Source: Octopus bimaculoides
Taxonomy: Eukaryota
Length of the DNA stretch: 40,194 nucleotides
Direction of reading: 5' to 3'
NCBI RefSeq assembly: GCF_001194135.2
Contig: NC_068998.1
Location: 54,815,252 to 54,855,445 of the forward strand
Both the position numbers and the translations under genes were made by a program. Positions 1 through 11,800 of the stretch are shown one piece after another. Within the stretch, counting starts at the first letter, position 1. Each line of letters begins with the position of its first letter. The notes under the pieces were generated by a model. The model worked only from the letters and a program-made list of their open reading frames with translations. It searched no databases and had not been told where the DNA came from.

Positions 1-179
1 TTTATTTATTTATTCACTAAATTAAATTACTTTCATAGATTAAAAGTTCAATTCTTCCCCCTCCTCCCCCCACCCATCACTGTTTCTGCAATTTTCTCTC
101 AAATTTCTCCAAGCGACATCTTTCTCCCTTTTAAACTTACAATTCTTGCTTTTTTTTTCCTTTTTTTTTCTTATTGACA

Positions 180-905
180 ATGTTTTTGTTGGTGCCATTG
201 TTGTTGTTGTTGTTGTTGCTGTTGTTGTTGTTGTTGTTGTTGTTGTTGGTCTTGCTAACGTTGATGTCTTCTCTCGTTCGTATTTACATCGTTCTTGTTC
301 TTCTGATTGATGTTGTGCTTATTGTCGCTGTGATTTTTATTGTTATTGTTTCTTGTTTTTATTGACGTTGTTGTTGTTGTTGTTGTTGATCTTTTTGTTG
401 TTATTTGTTTTTCTTGTCCTTTTTTTTTGCCGTTTTTATTCTTACATTTTCTTATTTACTCTCTTATTGTTATTGTTGCTGTTGTTGCTGTTGGTGTTCC
501 TACTCATATTATTTCTCGTTCTTATTCGCATCGTCGTTGTTGATGTTATCTAGACCCAGGTGAACCTTAATCGAAAGTCATGCCGGCCGTGACCGTCCCG
601 ACCAGTTACTACATTATCCAATAAACCGTTACCGTTGTTAAAGAAGTTAGACTACGATTTGAGGGAGATCTGATTGCTGTTTCTAGCATATTCAAAGAAA
701 ATGTAGGGGGTAGGGAAATATTTCACTGCTATTTCCAGCAGATCTAAAGACCAAGTAGAGGTTCCCTTACTGTAGTAGTAGTAGTAGTAGTATAAGTTGT
801 TGTTGTTGTTGTTCCTCTTGTTCTTGTTCTTATTGTTCTTGTTCTTGTTGTTTTTGTTCTTGGTGTTCTTGTTCTTGTTGTTCTTGTTCTTGTTCTTGTT
901 CATCT
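180..905. repeat. Low-complexity (TTG)n, (TAG)n and (TTGTTC)n tracts
   Basis: Directly visible; these produce the poly-L/V/N/K/Y ORFs at 174-903. Confidence 0.95.
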
Positions 906-1689
906 TCTTGAAATCTTTCTATGGGTACATAGTTCCCCCCTTTTCTTTGTTATAAAATAAGTGTGCTCGCGCACAAGCGCGCAGCTTAGAGGGAGCACTG
1001 ATAATTCCAGAGTAACAAANNNNNNNNNNNNNNNNNNNNNNNNNNNNNNNNNNNNNNNNNNNNNNNNNNNNNNNNNNNNNNNNNNNNNNNNNNNNNNNNN
1101 NNNNNNNCTTTCTATGGGTACATAGTTCCCCCCTTTTCTTTGTTATAAAATAAGTGTGCTCGCGCACAAGCGCGCAGCTTAGAGGGAGCACTGATAATTC
1201 CAGAGTAACAAACTAATGGATTTTCCGATATGGATATATATCTATATCATCGATGCCACATACTTAATATATGTATGTTGTTAAACGCTTTTTGGTTGCG
1301 GTATTTCGTCCAGGGAAAGTCCCTTTAAAGGCTTGAAGAACACATTATACTTCAAAACCAGGCGAAACCAATCGCTCTAGGAGTGAACGAGAACAACAGG
1401 CATCGTTATTCCGCTGTTATTTCAATTCATTAGTACCGTATAATCGACTGGCCCACGAGAGGATTTCAAATCCTTGGGCTGAACTATATACATAATCAAC
1501 TACCCCCCCCACCCCCACCCCAATGTCAGACCTTGTGCCTATAATAGAAAGGACTATTATAATTTTTGTGAAATCACTCTGACTGTAGCATAACTTCCGG
1601 TTTGGTTCGCTCTTTCTCTCTCAGCAATGGTCATATGCTTGTCTAACGAGTTGACAGCTATCATGTATGAATGTTTGTAATTCTCTTTC

Positions 1690-2211
1690 CCAATTTTAAT
1701 TAGTAAATCTTGACCCATCCATCTCAATGTAGCCAACTTTGTCTGTAGGTATTCTCCATTTTGTTATCCTGTTCCAGATTATTCTGGTCACCACACCATA
1801 CCTCGCGAGAAGACAATAACTCGATGACATTCTCTCACAGTTGGCAATGATGTGGTTGATGTCTTGGCCTCGCACAGCCTACATTTGTTGTCTGTCAATG
1901 TTTTCTGCCTTTTCTGTCGTAGGTAAACGGTGGGCATCTCTTGTTCTTGGATTCCATGGATGCAGCCTTCAAAATGGGGTGTCATATACTTGTTGGTACT
2001 CCATGCCAAGCTTTTGACAGGATCAAACACTTCCACAGTTTTCGTTTTCCGTGCCAAGTACTATCCTCTCAGTGACTTGCTCAATTTTTTTTTTACTTTG
2101 TTCTTCTGATAAATAGATTTTATTAATGTTCCTTGGGGAGAGATCTGTATCATCTCTTAAGTACTTCTCAAGTTCATTAGCTATCCTAATTATGTTACTA
2201 ATTTCATGGTC

Positions 2212-2213
<2 letters not shown>
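1690..2213 (-). mobile_element. Degenerate non-LTR retrotransposon fragment, R4/Dong-like (REL-endonuclease group), post-RT zinc-knuckle region
   Basis: Minus frames read SLAW..KYMTPHFEGCIHGIQEQEMPTVYL..KR...NKCRLCEAK, then after a frameshift DINHIIANCERMSSSY. This is the C-x2-C...H-x4-C knuckle preceded by the 'A(I)QEQ' block typical of R4/Dong-type ORFs. Stops and frameshifts are present. Confidence 0.65.
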
Positions 2214-2242
<29 letters not shown>

Positions 2243-2367
2243 TGTATGTATGTATGTATGTATGTTTGTATGTATGTATGTATGTATGTATGTTTGTATG
2301 TATGTATGTATGTATGTATGTATGTATGTATATATGTTTGTATGTATGTATGTATGTTTGTATGTAT
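2213..2367. repeat. (TATG)n microsatellite
   Basis: Directly visible, with a few TTTG variants. Confidence 0.97.
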
Positions 2368-2799
2368 GCACTCGCATAAATATTTCTCAAAACCGCCCAC
2401 AAAGACTTAAAACAACCATTTTCTAAAAATAAAAAAAAATTTCGTCTTTTAAAATAAGTTTCTGTAGAAGAAATTTACGAATAAATACTTGTTTTTCTCT
2501 GTGTGTGTGTGTGTGTGCTTATACTGGGTAATATGGTAATGAATAATAACGATGAAAGTACAACAATGTGATGAAGAAATAGAATTTTTCTGATAACTCC
2601 AACATAGAATAAAATATAGCGAAGCTGTAATTAAACCGTAATTAAAATGGAAGACTTCAATGGAAAGGACGGCAGAGAAAACCCCGTTGGTACGACATAT
2701 TAATTCCGATTCTGTAATCCAAGAAATTTGGAATTGTGTAAATGTATGAATTTTAAACATACACACACATAGAAAATCTGCCTTTTATAGATAAAATAC

Positions 2800-2967
2800 A
2801 TAATTATAACAAAGGATTGGCTATATGCCTCACTACGCACTGTAAAAATAGACGCCAAAAGACGCTATTACCACCTTAAAATCTCCGAGAATAACACCAC
2901 ATTTTAGACTAGCGTCCATTTTTACAGTGCGTAGTGAGGCACATAGTCAATCTCTTGTTATAATTAT
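2800..2967. mobile_element. Fold-back MITE-like element, 56-bp terminal inverted repeats, 56-bp spacer
   Basis: 2800-2855 is the reverse complement of 2912-2967 with 5 mismatches; the core TGCCTCACTACGCACTGTAAAAAT is perfect. Confidence 0.75.
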
Positions 2968-3115
2968 AAAATATTTTGTAAAATTTACCTATGAGGTTTT
3001 TATTACTGCGTTGACCACCTGGTAAAATTATTAATGATTTTTACCCTTTATTATAATACACACACACACACACATATGTATGTATGTATGTATATATATA
3101 TATATATATATACAC

Positions 3116-3327
3116 ACGACGGGGTGTTGCAAAGTTCCTGGTTTAAGGTATCGCGAAAGGCCTGGTTGGAGGCCCAACCTTTCGAGTTCTTTTACAGGGC
3201 TTAGAAAAACTGAAGGGCCACTGCAATAAATGTGTGAATCTAAGAGGGGAATATGTTGAATAAAATCATAATTAACAGATCCCTTCTTTTACTCAAAGCC
3301 AGGAATTTTTCAGCCCCACCCCTCGCA
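3116..3327 (+). mobile_element. Mariner-derived MITE (~210 bp) retaining the transposase C-terminus
   Basis: Imperfect TIRs ACGACGGGGTGTTGCAAAGTTCCTGGTTT ... AAAGCCAGGAATTTTTCAGCCCCACCCCTCGCA. An internal frame reads FLQGLEKLKGHCNKCVNLRGEYVE*, the typical mariner C-terminal KCV..G.YVE* motif. Confidence 0.85.
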
Positions 3328-3719
3328 TATATAATGATGGGCTTTCATACAGTTTCCATCAACTAAATTCCCTGTCAAAGCATTGGTCGATCCTGAAACT
3401 TAATTTAATAACACTTGCCCGAGGTTCCATGCAGTAGAATTGAACCCGAAACTTCGTGGTTGCTGAGCGAACTTCTTAACCAGGTAACCACGCCTGCGCA
3501 GAAATACGAAACAAATGTGAATATTTACACAACGAAGAAGAAATGTAGGAAGCTGGAAATAAGAAAGAAATTGAAGCCAAATGGAAAACAATTAACATTT
3601 GTATGTAAAACATTGCAAAAGAAAACACTTTTGTGAAAGGGAAAAAGAAAGGAAGGGAAATGGAGGATTGATAAAATTCTATGTAAAAGAGAAGAAAAGA
3701 GTAAACGAATAATGAAGTA

Positions 3720-5600
3720 GACAGATATAAGATTCTAAATGAAGACAACTGTTCCGAATGTAGAGAAACTAAAAACCAATTAAAGGAAAGAAATGTGTGA
3801 TACAATAAAAGAGATCACAACAATAAATGCATGAGTGCAGCGTTGAAGAACGTTGAAGACAATACGGAATACACTATTTGATGGTGAGTGTTTCTAGAAG
3901 GGACGAATATATAAAAGAAGTGTGATGAGAATAGAGCATCTATGGCCAATATCGTAGCCGTTAATAGAAGTGTGAAAAGAAGTAGGAAAAGCCAATAAAG
4001 TCAATGAAGGATGGAAAGGCAAAGATGAAATAGCAATAGCATTGGATAAGCGCATAAGCACAATCTTGATCTAATAACAGACTTGCGTAATGCAATATAT
4101 GGAGATGGACACATACCGAAATGAAACAATCCATAGATTACTCTAATACCAAAGAAACTAAAAGCTCCAGACTTCGCAGAGTTTCGTGAATTCGATGACA
4201 AAACTATTACTTAAAATCCTCCAACCATTCCACCAATCTTGTTTACTTCAAAATTACGCTGCAGAATTTGACGGCGATCCAACAACCTATCGATACCCAG
4301 ATCAAGAAGAAGAAATACAGTCGTCTAGGACACACCCGACGGAAACATGTTTCCAATATTACAAGGCAAGCGAGGCGGCAACCTAGCAGAACCGTTAGCA
4401 CGCCGGGTAAAACGCTTAGTGGAATCTCGTCCGTCCTCACGTTTTGAGTTCAAATTCTGTCAAGGGCGATTTTGCCTGCCATCCTTGCGGGGTCGATAAA
4501 ATAGGTACTGCGAGGAATCGCAACTCTGCCAATCCGTCGCCTTTAACAAAGAATTACAAACAAACAAAATGAATAAAGTCAATTGTAAAGTGGCTTTGGA
4601 CCAGGAATTGGAACTGGCGAGTGAATACGTAACCTGAGGTCCAGACGTGAAAGAGTTCTAATCATGGATCGAAATTTTAAAAACTGCCTTACAGGTGAAA
4701 TTAAGGGATTTGACGGACTATACCATGCAAGGATAATCAAACGCATATCTCAAGGCGTTTGATAAATACTGCCAAATAATATTTAAATGCTCTGAGAACA
4801 AAAAGCAATGGTAAGAAGTGAACAGAGGGATAAAGCTACGAAGGAGTCAGACAATGTGTGTTCCATCGTCGAACGTATTCAATCTGTTCACTGAGGAGGT
4901 CTTCAGAGAAACAGAAGACATACAAAGAATATGAACTGAAGGTCGTAACATGAACAGTATCACGTGTGTAGACCACACTGCCTTTCTAACTTTCAATAGA
5001 TACGTCTCATAGAACGGAATGAAAATGGATGTGATGACAATAAAATCTATGGTAATTTGTAAGGAACAACAGTCACAAAAATAAATATTAGAATTGAAGG
5101 AAGCCAATTGTATAGACAAGAAAGATAATATACCTGGGATATATGCAATCAGAAAAAGTGGGGAAATGTGAAGCAGAAAGCAAAAGAAAGATTGAGATGG
5201 TTTGAAATTGAAATGAGAAGTTGTGAAACATTCTGACATCAAGAAACATTAATATGGAAAGGGAAAAAAAGATAATTAAGGTGTCATGTATGATGCACTT
5301 TGTTAATTTCCATGTTTCAGTTCCATACGGCAAAGTATTATCAAGTAGATTAACATGTCTTTGAGATACGTACATATAGAATACTTTTGAGAATATCGTG
5401 GACAGAACACAGGACCAGTGATGAAATATCAAGATGGGAAAGAAGTAATAAGATTTTATTAGGCACCATCAAAGAGAGAAAAGTTAAAATATTTTGGACA
5501 CTTAATTAGAAAACTGGATTAGACAGGTTTTTAATGAAGGATAAAATGAAGGGGGAAAAAAAGAGAGAAAATGGAAAATCGACATAGACAAAAATGATCG
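3720..5600 (+). mobile_element. Dead RTE-clade LINE, reverse-transcriptase region, interrupted by a SINE
   Basis: Plus-strand remnants in the expected order: DLITDLRNAIYGDGHIP, ITLIPKKLKA, MTKLLLKIL, SGFGPGIGT, GVRQ, FNLFTEEVFRE..NMNSITCVDHT (decayed NINNLRYADDT), YLG, FEIRTYRILLRISWTEHRTS, and IKERK..YFGHLIR. Many stops and frameshifts. Confidence 0.85.
4373..4510 (+). mobile_element. SINE family A, partial copy inserted in the RTE remnant
   Basis: Shares GCAGAACCGTTAGCACGCCGGG...GAGTTCAAATT...GGGGTCGATAAAA with the copy at 17803. Confidence 0.8.
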
Positions 5601-6549
5601 GAATGGTGATCCATGGTATTCAACCTGATTAGAGTGAACGATACAAATGGACATACATGCATATATGTATATATATGTACATACATACATACATACATAG
5701 ATGCATACATATGTATATATNNNNNNNNNNNNNNNNNNNNNNNNNNNNNNNNNNNNNNNNNNNNNNNNNNNNNNNNNNNNNNNNNNNNNNNNNNNNNNNN
5801 NNNNNNNNNNNNNNNNNNNNNNNNNNNNNNNNNNNNNNNNNNNNNNNNNNNNNNNNNNNNNNNNNNNNNNNNNNNNNNNNNNNNNNNNNNNNNNNNNNNN
5901 NNNNNNNNNNNNNNNNNNNNNNNNNNNNNNNNNNNNNNNNNNNNNNNNNNNNNNNNNNNNNNNNNNNNNNNNNNNNNNNNNNNNNNNNNNNNNNNNNNNN
6001 NNNNNNNNNNNNNNNNNNNNNNNNNNNNNNNNNNNNNNNNNNNNNNNNNNNNNNNNNNNNNNNNNNNNNNNNNNNNNNNNNNNNNNNNNNNNNNNNTATA
6101 TATATATATATGAGTATGTATGTATACATATATACGTATATGTATGTATATCAATTTGACCCACCTCTCTCTCGATATGTATGCATACATATATATATCG
6201 AGCATATGAAACCAGAAAACAGGGTTAAGTAATTGTGAAAATAGTTTTACTCATTCGAAACTGTTAATGAATACATTATCCTTTATTCCTGAAACTTATT
6301 AAATTTTAAAAATATTTTATAAAAATAAGTATAAATCGAAGTATCGATTGGTAAAGTACCAATGGAAATATAATTATTCTTAACATGTGTGAAAACTACG
6401 AATGGCCAGAGGAATCCCACCCATCCAAATAACTGGAACTTCCAGGGATGCGGTGATAAAGAAATAGTATCAAGAGTTGCTACGAGTCACAATATGTACG
6501 ATATTTACTCTGTTCCTATCATTGTCTTGGCAATTATGAACATATTTCC

Positions 6550-6960
6550 ATGTCAGAACCTCAGGGTATACAATATTTGGGGCTTGACCAACTAGAGCAT
6601 AAATAGAACTATTTAGGGAGCTTCCAACTCTTGAGTATCCTCCATGAAATTAACCATCGGCAACGTAGAATTTGTCAGTTCCTGCTCTTGGGATTTATTG
6701 ATTGACATAATAAAACTTATTGTGTTCTAGAAACTGAAGTTTTCTAAATCGAAAAGATACGATTCTTGAAACGAGTGGGATTCTGGATATAATTGTATAT
6801 TCTTTCTTCCTACACTCAGTAAGAATAGTAGTTTCGATGATATGTGCCATAAGCGTCTTCAACCCCAGTCTTGTGCCATTGCATAGGCGCATTTGATCAA
6901 AATCATTCAATAACCCCATATTGAGAATCCCCATTTTTAGGCGATTCTCAATAATAGCAG
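6550..6960 (-). mobile_element. Helitron remnant, PIF1-like helicase C-terminus
   Basis: Minus frames give RLKMG...RLCNGTRL...IIETTILT...RIPL...FRKLQF, then ISFIMSINKSQEQ (the AMTINKSQGQ motif), HG..SRVG and NIVYPEVL. This is the conserved end of Helitron RepHel proteins. Frameshifted. The 3' hairpin/CTRR terminus was not found. Confidence 0.88.
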
Positions 6961-7633
6961 AATAACTTCACTCTTGTTTGAGAGCAATAAGCTTCTCATA
7001 GTCATTTGTACTTGCTAAACCAAGTCGGGCACTTTAAAACCTATGGAATGGAATAACTTGAGAGCTATTTAAACAATATTTGTTCGGACAGCTTTCATGT
7101 CGTCCCTCTGCACTCAATCAGTGTTTCACTTTGATCGCCTCCTTTCTGATGAACATGTCCCCTTACACTTGACATCTGAATCCGAGACCTAATTCGACTT
7201 TTCAGATCCCAGAGTCCAAAACGTTGAGATGTTTGTGAAGAAGGCGAGATCCGAAACTTCATAAAACTTCAAATAAAACGACAAGCAAGTAAACATTTAT
7301 CAAAGAACCCTTTAATTAAACAGGAAATGAATCAACCGCCGCACTGAGAATGCCATGAGTTTGTTGTTAGCCGTGTTCACGTCTGAAAAACTTAATCTGT
7401 TAACATCAAACTTTTCACTAACTCTCTCCAACAAAGGCATAGTCTCGAATTTTCTTATAAATTCCAGTTTTTGGTTCACAGATTGGGTCACGTGCTTATT
7501 CTTGGCTTTATTGCATTCTCTTCGAACCATCCTGTAAAATACGAAATATCTGACTTGTTACTTGCAATTTGATTTTCACAATGAAACACACTTTACTTTT
7601 CCCACCAACACAAAAATTTATTCTTTTCCTTCC

Positions 7634-7636
<3 letters not shown>

Positions 7637-7721
<85 letters not shown>
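7637..7721. repeat. (TC)n microsatellite running into a gap
   Basis: Directly visible. Confidence 0.97.
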
Positions 7722-8647
7722 NNNNNNNNNNNNNNNNNNNNNNNNNNNNNNNNNNNNNNNNNNNNNNNNNNNNNNNNNNNNNNNNNNNNNNNNNNNNNNN
7801 NNNNNNNNNNNNNNNNNNNNNNNNNNNNNNNNNNNNNNNNNNNNNNNNNNNNNNNNNNNNNNNNNNNNNNNNNNNNNNNNNNNNNNNNNNNNNNNNNNNN
7901 NNNNNNNNNNNNNNNNNNNNNNNNNNNNNNNNNNNNNNNNNNNNNNNNNNNNNNNNNNNNNNNNNNNNNNNNNNNNNNNNNNNNNNNNNNNNNNNNNNNN
8001 NNNNNNNNNNNNNNNNNNNNNNNNNNNNNNNNNNNNNNNNNNNNNNNNNNNNNNNNNNNNNNNNNNNNNNNNNNNNNNNNNNNNNNNNNNNNNNNNNNNN
8101 NNNNNNNNNNNNNNNNNNNNNNNNNNNNNNNNNNNNNNNNNNNNNNNNNNNNNNNNNNNNNNNNNNNNNNNNNNNNNNNNNNNNNNNNNNNNNNNNNNNN
8201 NNNNNNNNNNNNNNNNNNNNNNNNNNNNNNNNNNNNNNNNNNNNNNNNNNNNNNNNNNNNNNNNNNNNNNNNNNNNNNNNNNNNNNNNNNNNNNNNNNNN
8301 NNNNNNNNNNNNNNNNNNNNNNNNNNNNNNNNNNNNNNNNNNNNNNNNNNNNNNNNNNNNNNNNNNNNNNNNNNNNNNNNNNNNNNNNNNNNNNNNNNNN
8401 NNNNNNNNNNNNNNNNNNNNNNNNNNTATATATATTATATATATATATATAATGTACGAGAAAGCCAAAGTGTAATGCTTTCGTTTTCTCCGATGTGGAT
8501 TAAAAAGTTTACTGCGGAAAATATTTTCGCGGAAGTAAAAAAGAGGAAAATTGGAGGGTGAAGTTTAAAGAGACTAAAATATTGAAAAATAATACGATTT
8601 GGGTTGCTTATTCCGAAATTTGATCTGCTTATTCCGAATATATGATG

Positions 8648-9235
8648 TACGAGGTGATATCAAAAGGTTTCCGTACTAGTTGTGTCTAATAAAAAATATC
8701 TAAGTTTTATCATCATCTCCTTCGACATTGTCACTTTGCACAGCAAAACACCGGTCTCAGCGTTCTTGCCACTTTTGCAATCCAGCCTGGGAGTCGTTTT
8801 CCGTAAGCGAGTCTAGGACCTTCTGAGATTCACTCTTGACCTCGACAATGGTGTTAAACAGTGACCTTTGAGCTGCATTTTCATCTTGGGGAAGAGATAG
8901 AAGTCCATAGATGCTAAACCTCGTGAAAAGGACGTGTGCGGAAGCGATACCATGTTGGTTTTGGCGAGAAGTTCACATGTGAGGCGAGTTCGGTGACAAG
9001 GTGCATTGCCGTCGTGAAAAATCCAATTCTTCGCGCTCCACGGATCCGGTCGCTTTTGGTGAATGTCCTTCTTCAAACGCTTCAAAACGTCGCAGTAGAA
9101 CTCTCGATTGACGGTCTGGCCCGGGAGGGGACGAATTCTCGATACACAATACCATATTTCCGGGGTTGACGACAGTAGCAGGTCTTCCAGATCGCTCATC
9201 CTCTTCCAGATTGCTCATTGTCTTCCACGACGGCT
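8648..9235 (-). mobile_element. Mariner (DD34D) internally deleted copy, one TIR retained
   Basis: TIR TACGAGGTGATATCAAAAGGTTTCCG at 8648. Minus frames read LEEDERSGRP (first-HTH linker), then GQTVNREFYCDVLKRL, WIFHDGNAPCH, PHTSFSRGLASMDFYLFPKMK and QKWQER*DRC...EGD. Confidence 0.9.
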
Positions 9236-9633
9236 ACAGCCTCTTGTATTGCTACTGCTACTTCTGCTACTATTGTTAGCCAATCTTCAATGAGGAAGAA
9301 CAACTGCTTGAACTGTTGTTGATGCTACTTCTGTGAGCCAACAGCAATCAGAAGAACGCGAAACAGCAGCATCAAGAGATTTTTGATAAAAACGTGAACT
9401 TTTAGGAAAGATATTACGTAAGATAAATTTAATTGAATTTATTTCAAATAATTTTTCCGCTTTATTTCAGTGTGATGAAATCGTCTTTTAAAACGATTGA
9501 AAACGGTAGAGTATCTTGGTAAAAATGTACATGCTTTCTTTCTTTTGTCCATGGTAAAATTTTCAAAGCAATTTTTCTTTTCGGTTTTTTTTCTTTTAAT
9601 ACATATTCATTCGTGTGAAACTTCCTAACCTTT

Positions 9634-9692
<59 letters not shown>

Positions 9693-10644
9693 TCTCTTTG
9701 TTTACGAAAACAACATTTTCTTGATAAATAGACATGTCAGTATCCATACAGGATATATGCAGAACAATTCCTTGACAGATCTCAGAGACATCATATTGAG
9801 TCATCCAATAACTCTGTTCAATAAATATAGTGTGAAAACTAACATGTCGACTTTACGCCATTCCTCAAACCAGTTTACACTTGCCTTCCAAACCAATCTT
9901 CATTTAGGACGCACAGTCAAAAGATGTTACTTCACTCAAACGTTTCGCATTCTGGGCTCATTTATAAATATTAGACGGTCGTATCAATCGTTGCCTGTTG
10001 TATCCCAAAATAACTTATCATCTATCTCTTACCTTTTATCTTTCACTTGTTTTAATCACTGGACTGCGGCCATGCTGCAGCACCTCCGTGAAGGGTTTAG
10101 TCAATCAAACCGCCCCCAGTACTTATTTCTTGTGAAGTGATAGTGGGAGAACACACACACACACATGCAGACAAACAATATATATTGTACAATATGTATG
10201 TACGACAGGCTTCTAGACAGTTTCCATTAAACAAATTCACTCCCAAGACATTAGTCAGCCTTGGCCTATAGTAGAACTGTCTTGTCCAAGGTGCCATGCA
10301 GTGGGACTGATTTCGAAACCACGTGATCGCAACACGAGCTTGTTAACCATTTAGTCACATATATATATATATATATANNNNNNNNNNNNNNNNNNNNNNN
10401 NNNNNNNNNNNNNNNNNNNNNNNNNNNNNNNNNNNNNNNNNNNNNNNNNNNNNNNNNNNNNNNNNNNNNNNNNNNNNNNNNNNNNNNNNNNNNNNNNNNN
10501 NNNNNNNNNNNNNNNNNNNNNNNNNNNNNNNNNNNNNNNNNNNNNNNNNNNNNNNNNNNNNNNNNNNNNNNNNNNNNNNNNNNNNNNNNNNNNNNNNNNN
10601 NNNNNNNNNNNNNNNNNNNNNNNNNNNNNNNNNNNNGATTATGG

Positions 10645-10700
<56 letters not shown>

Positions 10701-11229
10701 AAATGATTGAATATTTGATGGCCGCTACAAATAGTGTTAATGAATTAAGTTCATCTTTGTAAACAGATGGTTTAAACTGTGTGATGCATATTTTAATGAT
10801 GGAGATCAGGAATTTGTCATTTGACGATTATCTCAAATCTAAACCAATTAATTCCGATGTGACTAAAAGAAAACAAAAAAGACATCAGAAGTCGTTTGGT
10901 TGATGTTGTTGTTGTTGTTGTTGTCCCTGGTTGACCTGGCTGTTGTTGCTTTTTCGATCCACATCCGCTCGTGCTCAACTGGAACGCCTTTAATAATCAG
11001 CCTGATTTGGTCGCGCAAAACTGTGGTCTAAGACGTTCCCAACGTGACCGTCTTATCTTATTTGTTTACATATTTGTCATAGTGTCTCCAAATATACGAT
11101 ATCGAGTTTTAAAGAAGACAACAGATTTTGAATTAAGTGACATTTGGTTGGTATTCCGGCCTATAGATATCCCCTACCCTTTGTCATTGCTGACAACCCC
11201 TAAAACCATGACAGTTGCAGGAAATTTTG

Positions 11230-11800
11230 TATGCATAACACTTGGAACTTCAGAAAGATCTGCACATAACCAGCTGTCATTTTTCTGTTGACTTTTTGAT
11301 CTTGGTCGAAGTTTTTCTCGTTTGAGAAAAACCAAATCAAATCTTCTGCTGGATTTTTCAGTTTGTTTTCAGAGCCTTTTAGATCTAATGTAGTGATTTT
11401 CTTTTGCCTTTTCTGACAAATTGACCTTTCCTCATCATATAAGACTTATATCTGATGTCTTCGTGGACAACAGTTTTGACTGTTCCTTCTAACACATGGA
11501 AATCTTTTGCAATTGACCTCATGGACTTTCTGGGATTATAATCAATGGTCTGTTGAACTTGCTCGATAAATTCAGGTGTTTAGAAGAATATGGAAATTTT
11601 TTTTTTTTCATCTTTTCGTTCTTCTTCTTCCCCTCCTACACCTTCAATGGGATACTACATCGTATGTAAGGACTAATGTCCAGAAGTCACGCTTAGACAA
11701 TGCTTCGCTGAAAAGATCTAATAAGAACAAAATATATAGAGTTGTCCTCGCGAATTTAAGCATTTCACTAACTCCTCACCACGGCATTTAATTAATTTTG
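11230..11800 (-). mobile_element. Tc1/mariner-superfamily transposase remnant, DD37D/maT-like
   Basis: Frameshifted minus frames read TPEFIEQVQQTIDYNP, KSMRSIAKDFHV..TVKTVVHEDIRYKSY, IWFFSNEKNFDQDQKVN and NDSWLCADLSEVPSVMHTKFPATVMVLGVVSN. These cover the HTH and first catalytic FSDE region. The distal catalytic part is absent. Confidence 0.78.

Noticed and set aside
174-903. Hydrophobic poly-Leu/Val ORFs resembling membrane proteins
   Set aside because: Translation of (TTG)n repeats; there is no real codon diversity.
915-1212. Exact 105-bp direct repeat (915-1019 and 1108-1212) flanking an 88-N gap
   Set aside because: Identical sequence on both sides of a gap is the signature of unmerged overlapping contig ends, not a biological repeat.
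5502-8561. Long ORFs of 150-330 aa around 5.5-6.2 kb and 7.6-8.6 kb (likewise 14.7, 25.6 and 30.8 kb)
   Set aside because: They consist of X from N-gaps plus microsatellite translation.
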